Positions 37,620 through 47,527 are shown, counted from the stretch's first letter. The stretch: DNA of 50,365 nt from Candidatus Thorarchaeota archaeon (GCA_011364905.1 RDNZ01000011.1:1-50365); one strand, 5' to 3'. The notes: generated by a model from the letters alone, not told the origin. Numbers and translations are program-made.

Positions 37620-38540
37620 TCATGCTCTAGCTTCTATGCCAAGCCGTTTCCAATTCGGCTGGTTCTTCCGTTGCATGTACTGCAGGTGAGTTGTCAGTCC
37701 AAACTCTTCAGGTTCATGTCCAAACGCCAAAGCCAAGAGTTCCATAACATGTAGGATATCGAAATGGTATTCCGCGTCGAAAAACTTCTGGATTTCCACC
37801 TGACCCATATCAAGTTGAAGCTCACAGAATGGACAAGGTGTCACAACAACGTCTGCACCACCCGCCTCTAAGAGACTATCAAACTTCTGCTTAGTAAAAT
37901 CAAGTGCTGTTTTTACATCAGCTGTTCGGACTGCACCCCCAGCCCCGCAGCAGATCAACTCATCCTTATATGGCACATACTCGGCTCCTGAGGCTTCACA
38001 AATCTCTTTGAATATGTGCGGATGCTCTGAGTCGTCTTTCTTCTTGACCTGTTTGGGTCGCATCCAATGGCAGCCTGGATGTATCGCCATCCGAACGCCT
38101 TTGAGAGGCCGCGTCGCTTTCTCCCGGATCTTCTCAAGTCCGACTAGTGAGTAGAGGGCATCAACATAGTGCCAGACCTCTATTGTTCCCTTGAACTCAC
38201 GACCTATCTCTGCTAGATTCTCGTTCACAGCTGCCCTGAGCTCATCATCGTGCTTGAGTTCATGGTTCGTATCCCAAAGACTAGCGAAACAGCCATTGCA
38301 GCCAGTCGTTATAGGGTGGCCACCAGCCTCAGCAATTGTCAGATTGCGAGCTGCGATGGTTGCCCAAGTTACGCGGTCAAAAGACCCGAAAACTCCGGGA
38401 GCTGGACAACATGTTGCCCCTTCCATATCAAGAAGTTCAACTCCGAGGTCCTTGAATACGAGTTTCGCTGCCGCTTCAATACTTGGATAGCGGTGGGGTA
38501 TTATGCATCCTAGAAAATGATAGAAAGACTGTTTGGGCAC
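37620..38540 (-). CDS. hdrB: HdrB subunit (methanogen-like)
   Basis: FLGC, TCCPAPGVFGSFD, CNGCF, HPGCH, CCGAGG, CPFC. Confidence 0.93.
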   Translation of the reverse strand: MPKQSFYHFLGCIIPHRYPSIEAAAKLVFKDLGVELLDMEGATCCPAPGVFGSFDRVTWATIAARNLTIAEAGGHPITTGCNGCFASLWDTNHELKHDDELRAAVNENLAEIGREFKGTIEVWHYVDALYSLVGLEKIREKATRPLKGVRMAIHPGCHWMRPKQVKKKDDSEHPHIFKEICEASGAEYVPYKDELICCGAGGAVRTADVKTALDFTKQKFDSLLEAGGADVVVTPCPFCELQLDMGQVEIQKFFDAEYHFDILHVMELLALAFGHEPEEFGLTTHLQYMQRKNQPNWKRLGIEARA

Positions 38541-38542
38541 GA

Positions 38543-39106
38543 TTACTCCTCCTTCTTCTCTTCCTTTTCTTCTACCAGTTTGTCAAAACCAGTCTTCTTG
38601 GCAATCTTCCTAATCTCTTCGATTGCCTCGGGATATCTACTCGCATTGGGAGGCACTCGTTCTACGCCCACTTTTTCTCGTAGGACTTCCCATGATTCTT
38701 TATCGAGCGGTACAGCATGGCCAGCCTCCAAGACTTTGAGTGCGGTTTTTTGATGTGGAACGAGCATGTAACCCTCAGCGACAGCAATGTTCCTGATGGC
38801 CTTGATTACATCTGTTGGTTTTACGTCCTGCGGGCACCGGTCTGTGCAGGTATAGCAGGTTGTGCAAAACCATAGCTCAGGTGCGGAGATGCACTGCTCC
38901 TTGAGACCAAGAAGTGCCTTGCGAATTATCCCACGGACAAGATAATTCGTACGTGCACCAGCTGGGCAGCTGCCGCTGCATGTGCCGCATTGGTAGCAGT
39001 TCTGGACATTAGGACCCCCTGTCTTTATGATCATCTGGATAAATGAGTCATCTGGGGCATCAATGACAATAGGGGATTTTTCATCAGCACTAGTCAATAT
39101 TACCAC
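38543..39106 (-). CDS. hdrC: HdrC subunit
   Basis: CYQCGTCSGSCP, WFCTTCYTCTDRCP, GHAVP. Confidence 0.93.
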   Translation of the reverse strand: MVILTSADEKSPIVIDAPDDSFIQMIIKTGGPNVQNCYQCGTCSGSCPAGARTNYLVRGIIRKALLGLKEQCISAPELWFCTTCYTCTDRCPQDVKPTDVIKAIRNIAVAEGYMLVPHQKTALKVLEAGHAVPLDKESWEVLREKVGVERVPPNASRYPEAIEEIRKIAKKTGFDKLVEEKEEKKEE

Positions 39107-39352
39107 CGACTATAGAGGAGTTGGATTTCATGCTAAAATAGGTTACCGATTGGTCGTAAAATTCATTCACTCAAAGGTCCTGTGTATTAACACTGTTATG
39201 TCCAAATCATGATGTGAGAATTGGAAATCGGGGACTATTCGGATCTAACGGATACAGATTTAATCGAACAGGTCTAAAACGAAAGCTCCCTACATCTCAA
39301 TCCTTATATCCCGTTGAACGAGGGAGCTACTATTGAACACTGAGGACCAAGC

Positions 39353-39901
39353 ATGACTGATAGCACCTCCTGGGAAACCATTGATAATGATGCCATTGAT
39401 AGGGAATTTGCCGATGAGATTGTTAAATCAGGAGTAGATAGAATTCGAACATGTATACAATGCGGGACCTGCACAAGTGTCTGCCCAAGTGGAAGACACA
39501 CTGCTTTCAAAACCCGTGAACTAATGCGAAAAGCCGTTCTTGGCTTAAAAGATGAAGTTCTGTCAAGTGAGGATTTATGGATGTGTTCAACGTGCTATAC
39601 ATGTCTTGAAAGATGCCCGCGGCAGATAAGAATCACTGATGCTATTATCTCAATGAGAAACATGGCAGTAGACCATGGATTCATGCTTCCTGAACATAAG
39701 AAAGCCTCTCAAAAACTCCTTTCGACTGGTCATGCTGTACCAATAGATGAGGTGAATCAGGAGTTACGAAAAGAGCTTGGACTTCAGGAACTCCCTCCAA
39801 CAACACATTCGAACAAGAAGGCTCTCAAGCAAGTACAAGAGATTTTGAAAAGAACCGGTTTCAAAGACCTCGTAGAGAGTCAGAAGCGGGAGAGTAATTG
39901 A
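39353..39901 (+). CDS. hdrC: HdrC subunit
   Basis: CIQCGTCTSVCP, WMCSTCYTCLERCP, TGHAVP. Confidence 0.93.
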   Translation: MTDSTSWETIDNDAIDREFADEIVKSGVDRIRTCIQCGTCTSVCPSGRHTAFKTRELMRKAVLGLKDEVLSSEDLWMCSTCYTCLERCPRQIRITDAIISMRNMAVDHGFMLPEHKKASQKLLSTGHAVPIDEVNQELRKELGLQELPPTTHSNKKALKQVQEILKRTGFKDLVESQKRESN

Positions 39902-39902
39902 A

Positions 39903-40799
39903 GTGGCTGAAGCGCAAACTTACTCGTTTTTCCTTGGTTGCGTCATGCCAAATCGTCTGCCAAATCTAGAGGCGAGCATTCGAGTAGTACTCCCGAAACT
40001 AGGCGTAAATCTTGAGGACCTAGAGGGGGCAAGTTGTTGTCCTGCCCCAGGAGTTATCCGCTCTTTTGATGAACCAACGTGGCTAGCACTTGCATCAAGA
40101 AACCTAGCCCTCGCAGAGATGTCCGGTCATGACATCATCACTGGATGCAATGGTTGCTACTGCACATTCAAAGAAGCACTTGCTGAAATCAGAGAGCATC
40201 CTCGTCGGTTGAAGGAGGTTCAGAACATCTTCAAAGGCATGGGGCTTAAGTTCGACGGCAGAGTTGAAGCTAAGCATGTTATAGAGGTCATCTCTGAACT
40301 GGGACCAGACTACGTACGGAAAAAGGTGACACATCCTCTAAAAGGAATCAAGGTTGGAGTTCACTATGGGTGCCATCTTTTGAAACCAACCAATAACAGA
40401 CCTTGGGAAAAAACGCAGAATCCGACTTTTCTTGATGCATTAGTCGAAGCAACCGGAGCTGAAAGTACAGAATACAAGGACAAAGACATTTGCTGCGGAG
40501 CTGGAGGCGGTGTCAGAGGCTCGCAAGTAGCAGTGAGTTTTGATATTGCCAAGGAGAAGCTCGATAATCTTCTATATGCAGGTGTTGACTGCCTTGTCAA
40601 TGTGTGTTCGTTCTGTCACCTGCAATATGAAACAGCCCAGGTCCAGCTGAACAAAGAATTAGGAGAGAAGAAGTATCAGATTCCGGTTCTCTATTACACA
40701 CAGCTACTTGGTCTAGCGATGGGGCTTGATCCAAACGAACTGGGTCTTACCAAGCATATGGTGGATACACAGCCACTGCTTGACAAGATCCTAACCTAG
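39903..40799 (+). CDS. hdrB: HdrB subunit (methanogen-like)
   Basis: FLGC, SCCPAPG, CNGCY, HYGCH, CCGAGGGVR, CSFCHLQ. Confidence 0.93.
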   Translation: MAEAQTYSFFLGCVMPNRLPNLEASIRVVLPKLGVNLEDLEGASCCPAPGVIRSFDEPTWLALASRNLALAEMSGHDIITGCNGCYCTFKEALAEIREHPRRLKEVQNIFKGMGLKFDGRVEAKHVIEVISELGPDYVRKKVTHPLKGIKVGVHYGCHLLKPTNNRPWEKTQNPTFLDALVEATGAESTEYKDKDICCGAGGGVRGSQVAVSFDIAKEKLDNLLYAGVDCLVNVCSFCHLQYETAQVQLNKELGEKKYQIPVLYYTQLLGLAMGLDPNELGLTKHMVDTQPLLDKILT

Positions 40800-41725
40800 A
40801 ACCACTTTCTAGCTGCATAGTACACAACTAATGCCATCACTCCACTTGAAAAGAGAAGAATGGCTACAAAAGCTAGAATTCGAGGTTCCAAACCAGGGGT
40901 TGTCGTAGTAGTAGTTGTTGTTGTGGTCGTGGTTGTTATTGTGCCAGCAGTGAAAGTGCCATCAGACTTGTCTGAGTTATAATAGATACCATCTGTGACA
41001 CGAACGCGGACTATGTATGTGTCTGAACGGTCCAGGTTACCACAATCCCATTCAAACCATGTTTGATTAAGAGAGGAAGCCAATGTTTCAAAAGATTGTC
41101 CGGAGTCATCTGAAAACATAACATCGAACCTAAGAACAGAATCAGCATTCACATCTGAGGCAGTCCATGTGATATTATGAGGGGATGTCCAGTCCTCTCC
41201 ACCATTCGGAGCAATCACTCTTACCTTGGGAACAAAGAAGTTGCCGATGTAGATGTCTGTGAACTGGACTACCTTGATAGACCCGTTTGTTAGCCATGCG
41301 GTTGACGTGATTATGCAACTCGCATTATTTCCAAGAGCTCGAGTATCTATTTCCAATGTTGGTTGATCAAGTTCTAGATAAAGAACACTAGGAATGGCTG
41401 GAGCATCGATTTCAAGTCTTGTCCGGTTCACTAGCGAAGGAGTCCACTCTGATTTTAGAATAACATGGTCACCAGCTATAGTGTCGCCAGACTTCACTGG
41501 AGTGTCAATCAGATTGGTCCGAGATGTGTAACTGAGGTTTACTGCGGCAATATCGGCTGAGGGGAGAAACTCCACAGGCGGAAGGGCATATGACGCGGCA
41601 TTATGAAACTTGAAACTCGTAACAGGGAGGGCTAGTGAGAACACTAACAGTCCAAGCACTACGAATCCTATTCTCGTATTCTTCAGGCACGTATTCCTAA
41701 TTAGAGCATTCAGTCTGGGTTTCAA
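40796..41725 (-). CDS. Surface protein: signal peptide, Ig/FN3-like domain, poly-Thr linker, C-terminal TM
   Basis: PKVRVIAPNGGE..W...ITWTASD...YIVRVRVTDG, Thr run, TM followed by RKWF. Confidence 0.8.
   Translation of the reverse strand: MKPRLNALIRNTCLKNTRIGFVVLGLLVFSLALPVTSFKFHNAASYALPPVEFLPSADIAAVNLSYTSRTNLIDTPVKSGDTIAGDHVILKSEWTPSLVNRTRLEIDAPAIPSVLYLELDQPTLEIDTRALGNNASCIITSTAWLTNGSIKVVQFTDIYIGNFFVPKVRVIAPNGGEDWTSPHNITWTASDVNADSVLRFDVMFSDDSGQSFETLASSLNQTWFEWDCGNLDRSDTYIVRVRVTDGIYYNSDKSDGTFTAGTITTTTTTTTTTTTTPGLEPRILAFVAILLFSSGVMALVVYYAARKWF
40899..40942 (-). repeat. Degenerate ACN trinucleotide run encoding the poly-Thr linker
   Basis: gttgtcgtagtagtagttgttgttgtggtcgtggtt... Confidence 0.75.
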
Positions 41726-42192
41726 TCTCGTTCACCCTCCGGAAATGGTTGTTCTCGCCATACCTTAAGTGCCTCGTACCATAGCACAAGGCATGCGGAT
41801 ATAAGTAGGACAAGAAGGACCATTGAGTACCAATCAGTGCTTAACCAGAACAACAAAGACCCCAAAGCTGCAGTGAGCGATGTGTAGAATGTTGCATAGA
41901 ACAGGAATCGGGGAACCATCATACGACCCCTCCCCATGAATTGATTCAAGATTCCTATCCGAACATCACGTTTAATCGTATACTGGCCATGGACATCTTT
42001 GTCAACAAGTCCGTGTTCTCGTAAACGCTCTAAATGATGCATTGACAAGGATGGACTCGACAATTCGGCCCCCCGTTGTATCTCTCGAGCAGTCAGAGGT
42101 TCTGGATGACGCAACATATACCAATAGACACTTAGAGTCTTGCCTTTAATGAGCTCTGCCAACTCGTCATCGGTTGGTTCTGCGTTATTCAA
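41722..42192 (-). CDS. N-terminal wHTH (ArsR-like) regulator with two C-terminal TM helices
   Basis: KGKTLSVYWYML...REIQR...SSPSLSMHHLERL..GLVDKD..G.Y, then PRFLFY and two hydrophobic helices. Confidence 0.82.
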   Translation of the reverse strand: MNNAEPTDDELAELIKGKTLSVYWYMLRHPEPLTAREIQRGAELSSPSLSMHHLERLREHGLVDKDVHGQYTIKRDVRIGILNQFMGRGRMMVPRFLFYATFYTSLTAALGSLLFWLSTDWYSMVLLVLLISACLVLWYEALKVWREQPFPEGERD

Positions 42193-42392
42193 GGCCTACG
42201 ACTCCAGTTCTCTGGAAGACGATTTAAGAAGATTCGGCTCTTAAAACCTGTTGCTCGTGCTCGGGTAGGTCACGTCCCTCAAGGTAAGGCTAAAATAGCT
42301 CGAGGGTTCGCCATGGGTCATGCCTAAACAGGATTCTGTATTGGGCAATACTGAACGGACTCTTGTCAGAGGGGTCCAGGAGAAAGACATCG

Positions 42393-42737
42393 ATGTCAGT
42401 GGTTCGAAAACCGATAACACCGAAACCTCCAAGGACAAGAGAGAAGGTACTTGTCATCCTTCGTGAGCAGTGTAAGCAATGTATGCTCTGTGTTGAGTTC
42501 TGTCCCAAAAATGTGCTATGTCTGACAGACATCTACAATCGTAAGGGATACCATCCAGTCACCGCTTGTGACATAGATGCGTGCGTTAATTGTGAGTTTT
42601 GTGAAAGGATATGCCCTGACATGGCGATTTTCTTGGCCGACCGTGATGAAGCGGAGAAAGCATACAAAGCAGGTGCTGTGGAAGAAGGCACTGAGATCCC
42701 TGAATTCGAGAAGGACAAACCTAAGGAGGAAAAATAG
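42393..42737 (+). CDS. korD: 2-oxoacid:ferredoxin oxidoreductase delta (ferredoxin) subunit
   Basis: CKQCMLCVEFCP, GYHP, CVNCEFCERICPDMAI. Start ATG 42393 after AGGAG. Confidence 0.88.
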   Translation: MSVVRKPITPKPPRTREKVLVILREQCKQCMLCVEFCPKNVLCLTDIYNRKGYHPVTACDIDACVNCEFCERICPDMAIFLADRDEAEKAYKAGAVEEGTEIPEFEKDKPKEEK

Positions 42738-43874
42738 GTGCCCAAGCGCATCATGTTCACAATGGGCGATATTGCCTGTGCTGAGGGTGCGCTGAGTGCA
42801 GGGTGCCGCTACTTCGGAGGCTATCCCATAACTCCAGCGACAGAGATTGCTGAATGGATGTCTCAGAGGATGCCTGAACTCGGAGGCGCTTATGTTCAAT
42901 ACGAGGATGAGATAGCATCAATCACCAGCGTGATTGGAGCGTCTTGGACCGGAGTAAAGGCGATGACTGCCACCTCAGGACCAGGTGTTAGTCTGATGTT
43001 GGAGGCGGTTGGTTTGGCGGTCATGACTGAAACTCCTCTGGTGCTGGTTAACATCATGCGTGGCGGACCAAGTACCGGCCAACCTACCAGGGGGCAGCAG
43101 GGCGATGTGATGCAGGCTAAATGGGGAAGTCACGGAGACTATCAGATTATTGCCCTGACTCCAGCCTCTGTCCAAGAGATGTTCGACCAGACAGTACAAG
43201 CGTTCAATCTCTCAGAGAAGTATAGAACTCCTGTCTTTGTCTTGGCAGATGAAACAGTTGGACACATGCGGGAACGACTAGTTATTCCAGATAAGAAGAA
43301 GCTGAAGCTCGAATATCGTAAGCAACCGACGATAGATCCCTCAGAATATCTTCCATTCAAACCGGATGACGATCTTGTGCCACCAATGGCACTCTTTGGT
43401 TCCAAGTATCAATTCTATGCCACAGGGCTGACTCATGATGAACGTGGCTATCCAAGTGACAAGGAAGATGTTCAGATTAGACTCATAACAAGGCTGAATG
43501 ATAAGATTCTGAAGAACGCAGACAAGATCATCGATGTGGAGCGATTCATGCTTGACGATGCTAAGATTGCTGTTATTTCGTACGGTACACCGTCACGAAG
43601 TGCGAAAAAGGCAATAAGAGACGCTCGTGAACAGGGCATCAAAGTTGGCATGCTCAGGCTCAAGACAGTATGGCCATTCCCAGAAGAACAAGTTGCAGAA
43701 CTTGCCTCGGAGGTGGACCATATCATTGTGGCAGAGCAAAACATGGGGCAGGTTTACTACATGGTAAAGGCTTTTGCCGCACCCACTCCAATTCATCTTA
43801 TGACGAAACCAGCTGGAATGCCACAATTGCCCAATGAGATTCTTGATAAAATTAAAGAGATTAAGTCAATCTAG
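42738..43874 (+). CDS. korA: 2-oxoacid:ferredoxin oxidoreductase alpha subunit
   Basis: GGYPITPATEI, EDEIA, TATSGPG, RGGPSTGQPT. Confidence 0.92.
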   Translation: MPKRIMFTMGDIACAEGALSAGCRYFGGYPITPATEIAEWMSQRMPELGGAYVQYEDEIASITSVIGASWTGVKAMTATSGPGVSLMLEAVGLAVMTETPLVLVNIMRGGPSTGQPTRGQQGDVMQAKWGSHGDYQIIALTPASVQEMFDQTVQAFNLSEKYRTPVFVLADETVGHMRERLVIPDKKKLKLEYRKQPTIDPSEYLPFKPDDDLVPPMALFGSKYQFYATGLTHDERGYPSDKEDVQIRLITRLNDKILKNADKIIDVERFMLDDAKIAVISYGTPSRSAKKAIRDAREQGIKVGMLRLKTVWPFPEEQVAELASEVDHIIVAEQNMGQVYYMVKAFAAPTPIHLMTKPAGMPQLPNEILDKIKEIKSI

Positions 43875-43965
43875 AATAAACGGCGTTAACAGAATTACTG
43901 GTCATATCAATAATCCTTTTATCATGTTTGCCTCAGAGCCCGCTTGTTAATGGGAGAATCCCTCA

Positions 43966-44808
43966 ATGACCGAGTCCGTACATGTCTTGAAGCATCCAAT
44001 GACGAAATACATCCGAGAGGACCGACAACCCTGGATCTATTGCTCCGGATGCTCCATCGGGATTGTCACAGGAATGGTAGCACGGGCAATCGATAACCTT
44101 GGACTGGATTTCCACAAAACTGTAGTAGTTTCTGGAATAGGATGTACCGGTCGCACATCAGGCTACTTCAAGACTGGAACATACCATACGACTCATGGTC
44201 GAGCAATAGCTTTTGCTGAAGGCGCGAAGATTGCGAACCCCGAACTTGAGGTCATTGTTGTGAGTGGCGATGGAGACATCGCGGCAATTGGTGGCAACCA
44301 CCTGATTCATGCTGCGCGACGAAACATCGACATGACTGTTGTGTGCATTAACAATTTTAACTATGGAATGACTGGCGGACAGTTTGGACCCACAACTGAG
44401 CACGAGAAATACTCACAGACAAGTCCGAGACCGATTGGAAACATAGAACATCCATTCAACCTGGTCAAGCTGGCTGCATCGTCAGGTGCCACTTTTGTGG
44501 CCAGATGGACAGCAGTCCAAGCACGGAGAGGAACAAGATCTATCGAGAAGGGAATCAAGAAAAAAGGATTCTCATTCATCGAAATAATTGGAGCCTGTCC
44601 CACCGAGTACGGCAGAATGAACCGTCTTGGAGATGGCCTTGCTATGCACAAACACCTCCTTGAAGTTGCTGAGATCCAGAATGGTCTTCCTCCTCATGAG
44701 GCGGAGCTTGACTATGAGAAGAGGATTGTATGCGGGGAGTTTGTGGACATCGAAAAGCCTGAATACACCGAAGTTCTTCGAGAAATGCAGCGGAAACTCA
44801 AGGAGTAA
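43966..44808 (+). CDS. korB: 2-oxoacid:ferredoxin oxidoreductase beta subunit
   Basis: CSGC, SGIGC, HTTHGRA, TPP motif GDGD...NN, YGMTGGQ, CPT. Confidence 0.92.
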   Translation: MTESVHVLKHPMTKYIREDRQPWIYCSGCSIGIVTGMVARAIDNLGLDFHKTVVVSGIGCTGRTSGYFKTGTYHTTHGRAIAFAEGAKIANPELEVIVVSGDGDIAAIGGNHLIHAARRNIDMTVVCINNFNYGMTGGQFGPTTEHEKYSQTSPRPIGNIEHPFNLVKLAASSGATFVARWTAVQARRGTRSIEKGIKKKGFSFIEIIGACPTEYGRMNRLGDGLAMHKHLLEVAEIQNGLPPHEAELDYEKRIVCGEFVDIEKPEYTEVLREMQRKLKE

Positions 44809-45371
44809 TGACCATGTCTCGATACGAGGTCCGTTTTGGTGGTTTTGGAGGACAGGGTATTGTCACAATGGCTGTCATTCTAGGCGAAACGGTTTCATTG
44901 ATAGAAAAGAAACAGTGTGTACAGACTCAGAGCTATGGCCCAGAAGCAAGAGGCGGCGCAACAAAGAGCGAACTTGTAATAGATGATGTGGAGGTAGACT
45001 ATCCCAAGGTTCAAGAGCCAGATGTCTTCGTGGCAATGAGCAGGGCGGCTTATCTTGAATACGTTGATGGTCTCAAGGACAACGGGATATTAATTATAGA
45101 TGAAGACCTGGTAGAGGTAGAAGGCGACCTACCTGATGGAATAAAAATCTACAAGATTCCAGCCACAAGAATAGCAGATGTAGATGTTGGAGTCAAACAG
45201 GCAACAAACGTCGTCATGTTAGGAGCTCTGACAGCCATTACGGGGATTGTTACACCAGAGGGATTGAAAAAACAGATAGTCGAGCGTTGGCCAAGGTTCA
45301 AAGATACTAACCTGAAAGCACTTGAGCTTGGGTTGAAGGCTGGTAAAGAGGCTGTCCCAACTAGTGCCTGA
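44808..45371 (+). CDS. korC: 2-oxoacid:ferredoxin oxidoreductase gamma subunit
   Basis: GGFGGQG, QSYGPEARGG, NVVMLGA. Confidence 0.92.
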   Translation: MTMSRYEVRFGGFGGQGIVTMAVILGETVSLIEKKQCVQTQSYGPEARGGATKSELVIDDVEVDYPKVQEPDVFVAMSRAAYLEYVDGLKDNGILIIDEDLVEVEGDLPDGIKIYKIPATRIADVDVGVKQATNVVMLGALTAITGIVTPEGLKKQIVERWPRFKDTNLKALELGLKAGKEAVPTSA

Positions 45372-45402
45372 AGGTCCAACAATCCTATCTAATCCAATCT
45401 AC

Positions 45403-45466
45403 TGACCCGCTCTATGAATTTTCCTTTGGATAGTTGGCTGTTTTTCATAGAGGAATGGCTGGGTCA
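45403..45466. terminator. Long interrupted hairpin between convergent operons
   Basis: tgaccc pairs with gggtca, and ctctatgaa pairs with ttcatagag. Confidence 0.45.
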
Positions 45467-45501
45467 TTCAAAAGATCAATTTGGTGAAGAAGGTCTTTGA
45501 T

Positions 45502-46275
45502 TCAGTTCTCCTCTAATGCCAATACTGCGGCCCCCAGTGCACCAGTAAGCTGTGGATCCTCCGGAAGCCAAAGTTCCACGCCAAGTTGCTTCGAGAGATG
45601 GTGCCTGAATGCAGGATTCAGAGCCACGCCGCCAGTGACACATACTGGTTCCTTGACGCCTACCCGTTTCGACAATGCGGTAATCTTAGAAACCAAGGAG
45701 ATATGCACTCCTGCTGCGATGTCCGCCGCAGATTTCCCAGCACCAATTTGGCCGATGACTTCGCTCTCCGCAAAGACAGTACATGTGCTACTTATCGAAC
45801 ATGGAGTCTTTGATTGGAGTGCGAGGGGACCAAGCTCATCTATGGAAACACCAAGAACACGTGCCATAACCTCTAGAAAGCGTCCAGTTCCTGCAGAACA
45901 TTTGTCATTTAATTCAAAGTCCTCAGGCTTCCCTGTTGGACCTACACGAATGACCTTCGAGTCTTGTCCTCCGACATCTATGAGCAAACGTATGGCAGGA
46001 TTAATGCGGTGTACACCCACACTATGACAGGTGATTTCAGTGACTGATTTTTCTGCTAGCTCAACACGTGCGCGTCCATAACCAGTACTGATAACCGGAA
46101 TCCCATTGAGATCAAAGTTTGACGATGATGAGATATTATGAAGGATTTTCTCAACAGCTTCAATGGCTGATGCTCCAGTCAACATCAAAGACTTAGCTAC
46201 AATATTACCAGACTTATCTAGCAAGATGCCTTTAGTGGTAGTTGAACCTACATCAATTCCAATACCCATGTCCAC
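45502..46275 (-). CDS. ATP-dependent activator of 2-hydroxyacyl-CoA dehydratase (HgdC/BadF family)
   Basis: GIDVGSTTTKG, TGYGR, DVGGQDSK, NDKCSAGTGRFLE, STCTVFAESEV. Start trimmed to GTG 46275. Confidence 0.92.
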   Translation of the reverse strand: MDMGIGIDVGSTTTKGILLDKSGNIVAKSLMLTGASAIEAVEKILHNISSSSNFDLNGIPVISTGYGRARVELAEKSVTEITCHSVGVHRINPAIRLLIDVGGQDSKVIRVGPTGKPEDFELNDKCSAGTGRFLEVMARVLGVSIDELGPLALQSKTPCSISSTCTVFAESEVIGQIGAGKSAADIAAGVHISLVSKITALSKRVGVKEPVCVTGGVALNPAFRHHLSKQLGVELWLPEDPQLTGALGAAVLALEEN

Positions 46276-46288
46276 TAATTTTCTCTCC

Positions 46289-47527
46289 TTACATAAGCAT
46301 CTCAAGTAGCGCGTCGACTCGGGTTTCAATCTGGGCTTCGTTGTATACTCTAGAGTCAACCATGTCACCTTCGATTATGACACCCGGTACTCCAGTCCTT
46401 TCGGTGACCAATTCCTTTGAAACAAGTTGCCCCAGAGAGTAACGTTTGCATGATCGAACAGAGAACATGACGAATCCATCAAGATCATAGTCTTTGATTA
46501 GTTGACACATCTTGTCGACTTTGGCATCTAAGCCCATGTTCAGATAAACTTTGGAGTATGTTTCGACAACCTCATCAATGATTGATAGAGTATCTGTTCC
46601 GACCATATTGCCTGTCCATGCATGGGTATATGTATCAGCAGGAAAGACGACTCCTCTACTTGCCAAGATGTTGAAGAATCTTAGAGTATGCCATGGTGGG
46701 ATATTGTCCCAGAGCAGCCGAACTCTCTCATCACGGATTGCACCAATTCCATTCTTAACTCGTTCCTCTACCTCTGCAACAAAGGACTCATAGAACTCGA
46801 CACAGTGTTCTGTTCCCCGACTTGAAACTACAGGTGCCATTGTCAAGAATCTGTCTGCGCAATTCAATGGACTTGGCTTGTTTTTGCAGGCTTCAAGAGC
46901 GCGTATCCAGAGTTTTGTGGCTCTGCTCGAGAGTTCGGCCACTTCGCGTATTCTACCATCCTCAAGGGACCGATTGAAGTGTGACTCGATAAACTCAATC
47001 AAACGCTCAACGCCACGACGAACATATGCCTGATTATGAGGAAGTTGCACTTTATCTATGGGAGGAGTGTCTAGAAGGAAGACTGGAGCACCTGTCATCT
47101 CGGATATTGCGTCATACCATCGAAGAACGGTGCCGCAGATATTATTGCATGCAAGAAGAAGCTGAGGTGTCGGAAGCGAACCTATTGGAACCTCGTCGGG
47201 TTTTTCCGTTGACCCAATACTCGCACGTGCATATGAGCAGAGGTCTTGTGAGTACCCAAGATTCTCCGCATATCCGCATACTTCAGGACCGATTTTTTGA
47301 GCACCGACGATAGCTCCAGCCTGCTCCGGGTAGACCACACCCATATCCAATGCAATGGGAATCTCCACCGGAAACCCAGATGTAACCCACGCAAGATGAC
47401 CATTCTCACTGGCTTCCATTGCTTCCAATCCATGGCGAAGCGCTATCTGTTGTAGAAGTGCTTGTGTTTCGAGGCGCCTGTAGGGCTTTTCCTCGCTTGC
47501 TCGTTCTTGATTCATTTTCCAGCTCAC
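46289..47527 (-). CDS. 2-hydroxyacyl-CoA dehydratase subunit (HgdA/FldB/BcrB family)
   Basis: DLCSYAR, NNICG and RSCK cluster ligands; EGDMVD..TRVDA. Confidence 0.88.
   Translation of the reverse strand: MSWKMNQERASEEKPYRRLETQALLQQIALRHGLEAMEASENGHLAWVTSGFPVEIPIALDMGVVYPEQAGAIVGAQKIGPEVCGYAENLGYSQDLCSYARASIGSTEKPDEVPIGSLPTPQLLLACNNICGTVLRWYDAISEMTGAPVFLLDTPPIDKVQLPHNQAYVRRGVERLIEFIESHFNRSLEDGRIREVAELSSRATKLWIRALEACKNKPSPLNCADRFLTMAPVVSSRGTEHCVEFYESFVAEVEERVKNGIGAIRDERVRLLWDNIPPWHTLRFFNILASRGVVFPADTYTHAWTGNMVGTDTLSIIDEVVETYSKVYLNMGLDAKVDKMCQLIKDYDLDGFVMFSVRSCKRYSLGQLVSKELVTERTGVPGVIIEGDMVDSRVYNEAQIETRVDALLEMLM

Noticed and set aside
26211-40799. Methanogenesis inferred from hdr genes
   Set aside because: No mcr or mtr in the window, and Hdr complexes are widespread in non-methanogens.
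38543-40799. Recent inverted duplication or assembly artefact producing the back-to-back hdrCB
   Set aside because: The two copies are clearly diverged in protein sequence, which points to old paralogs.
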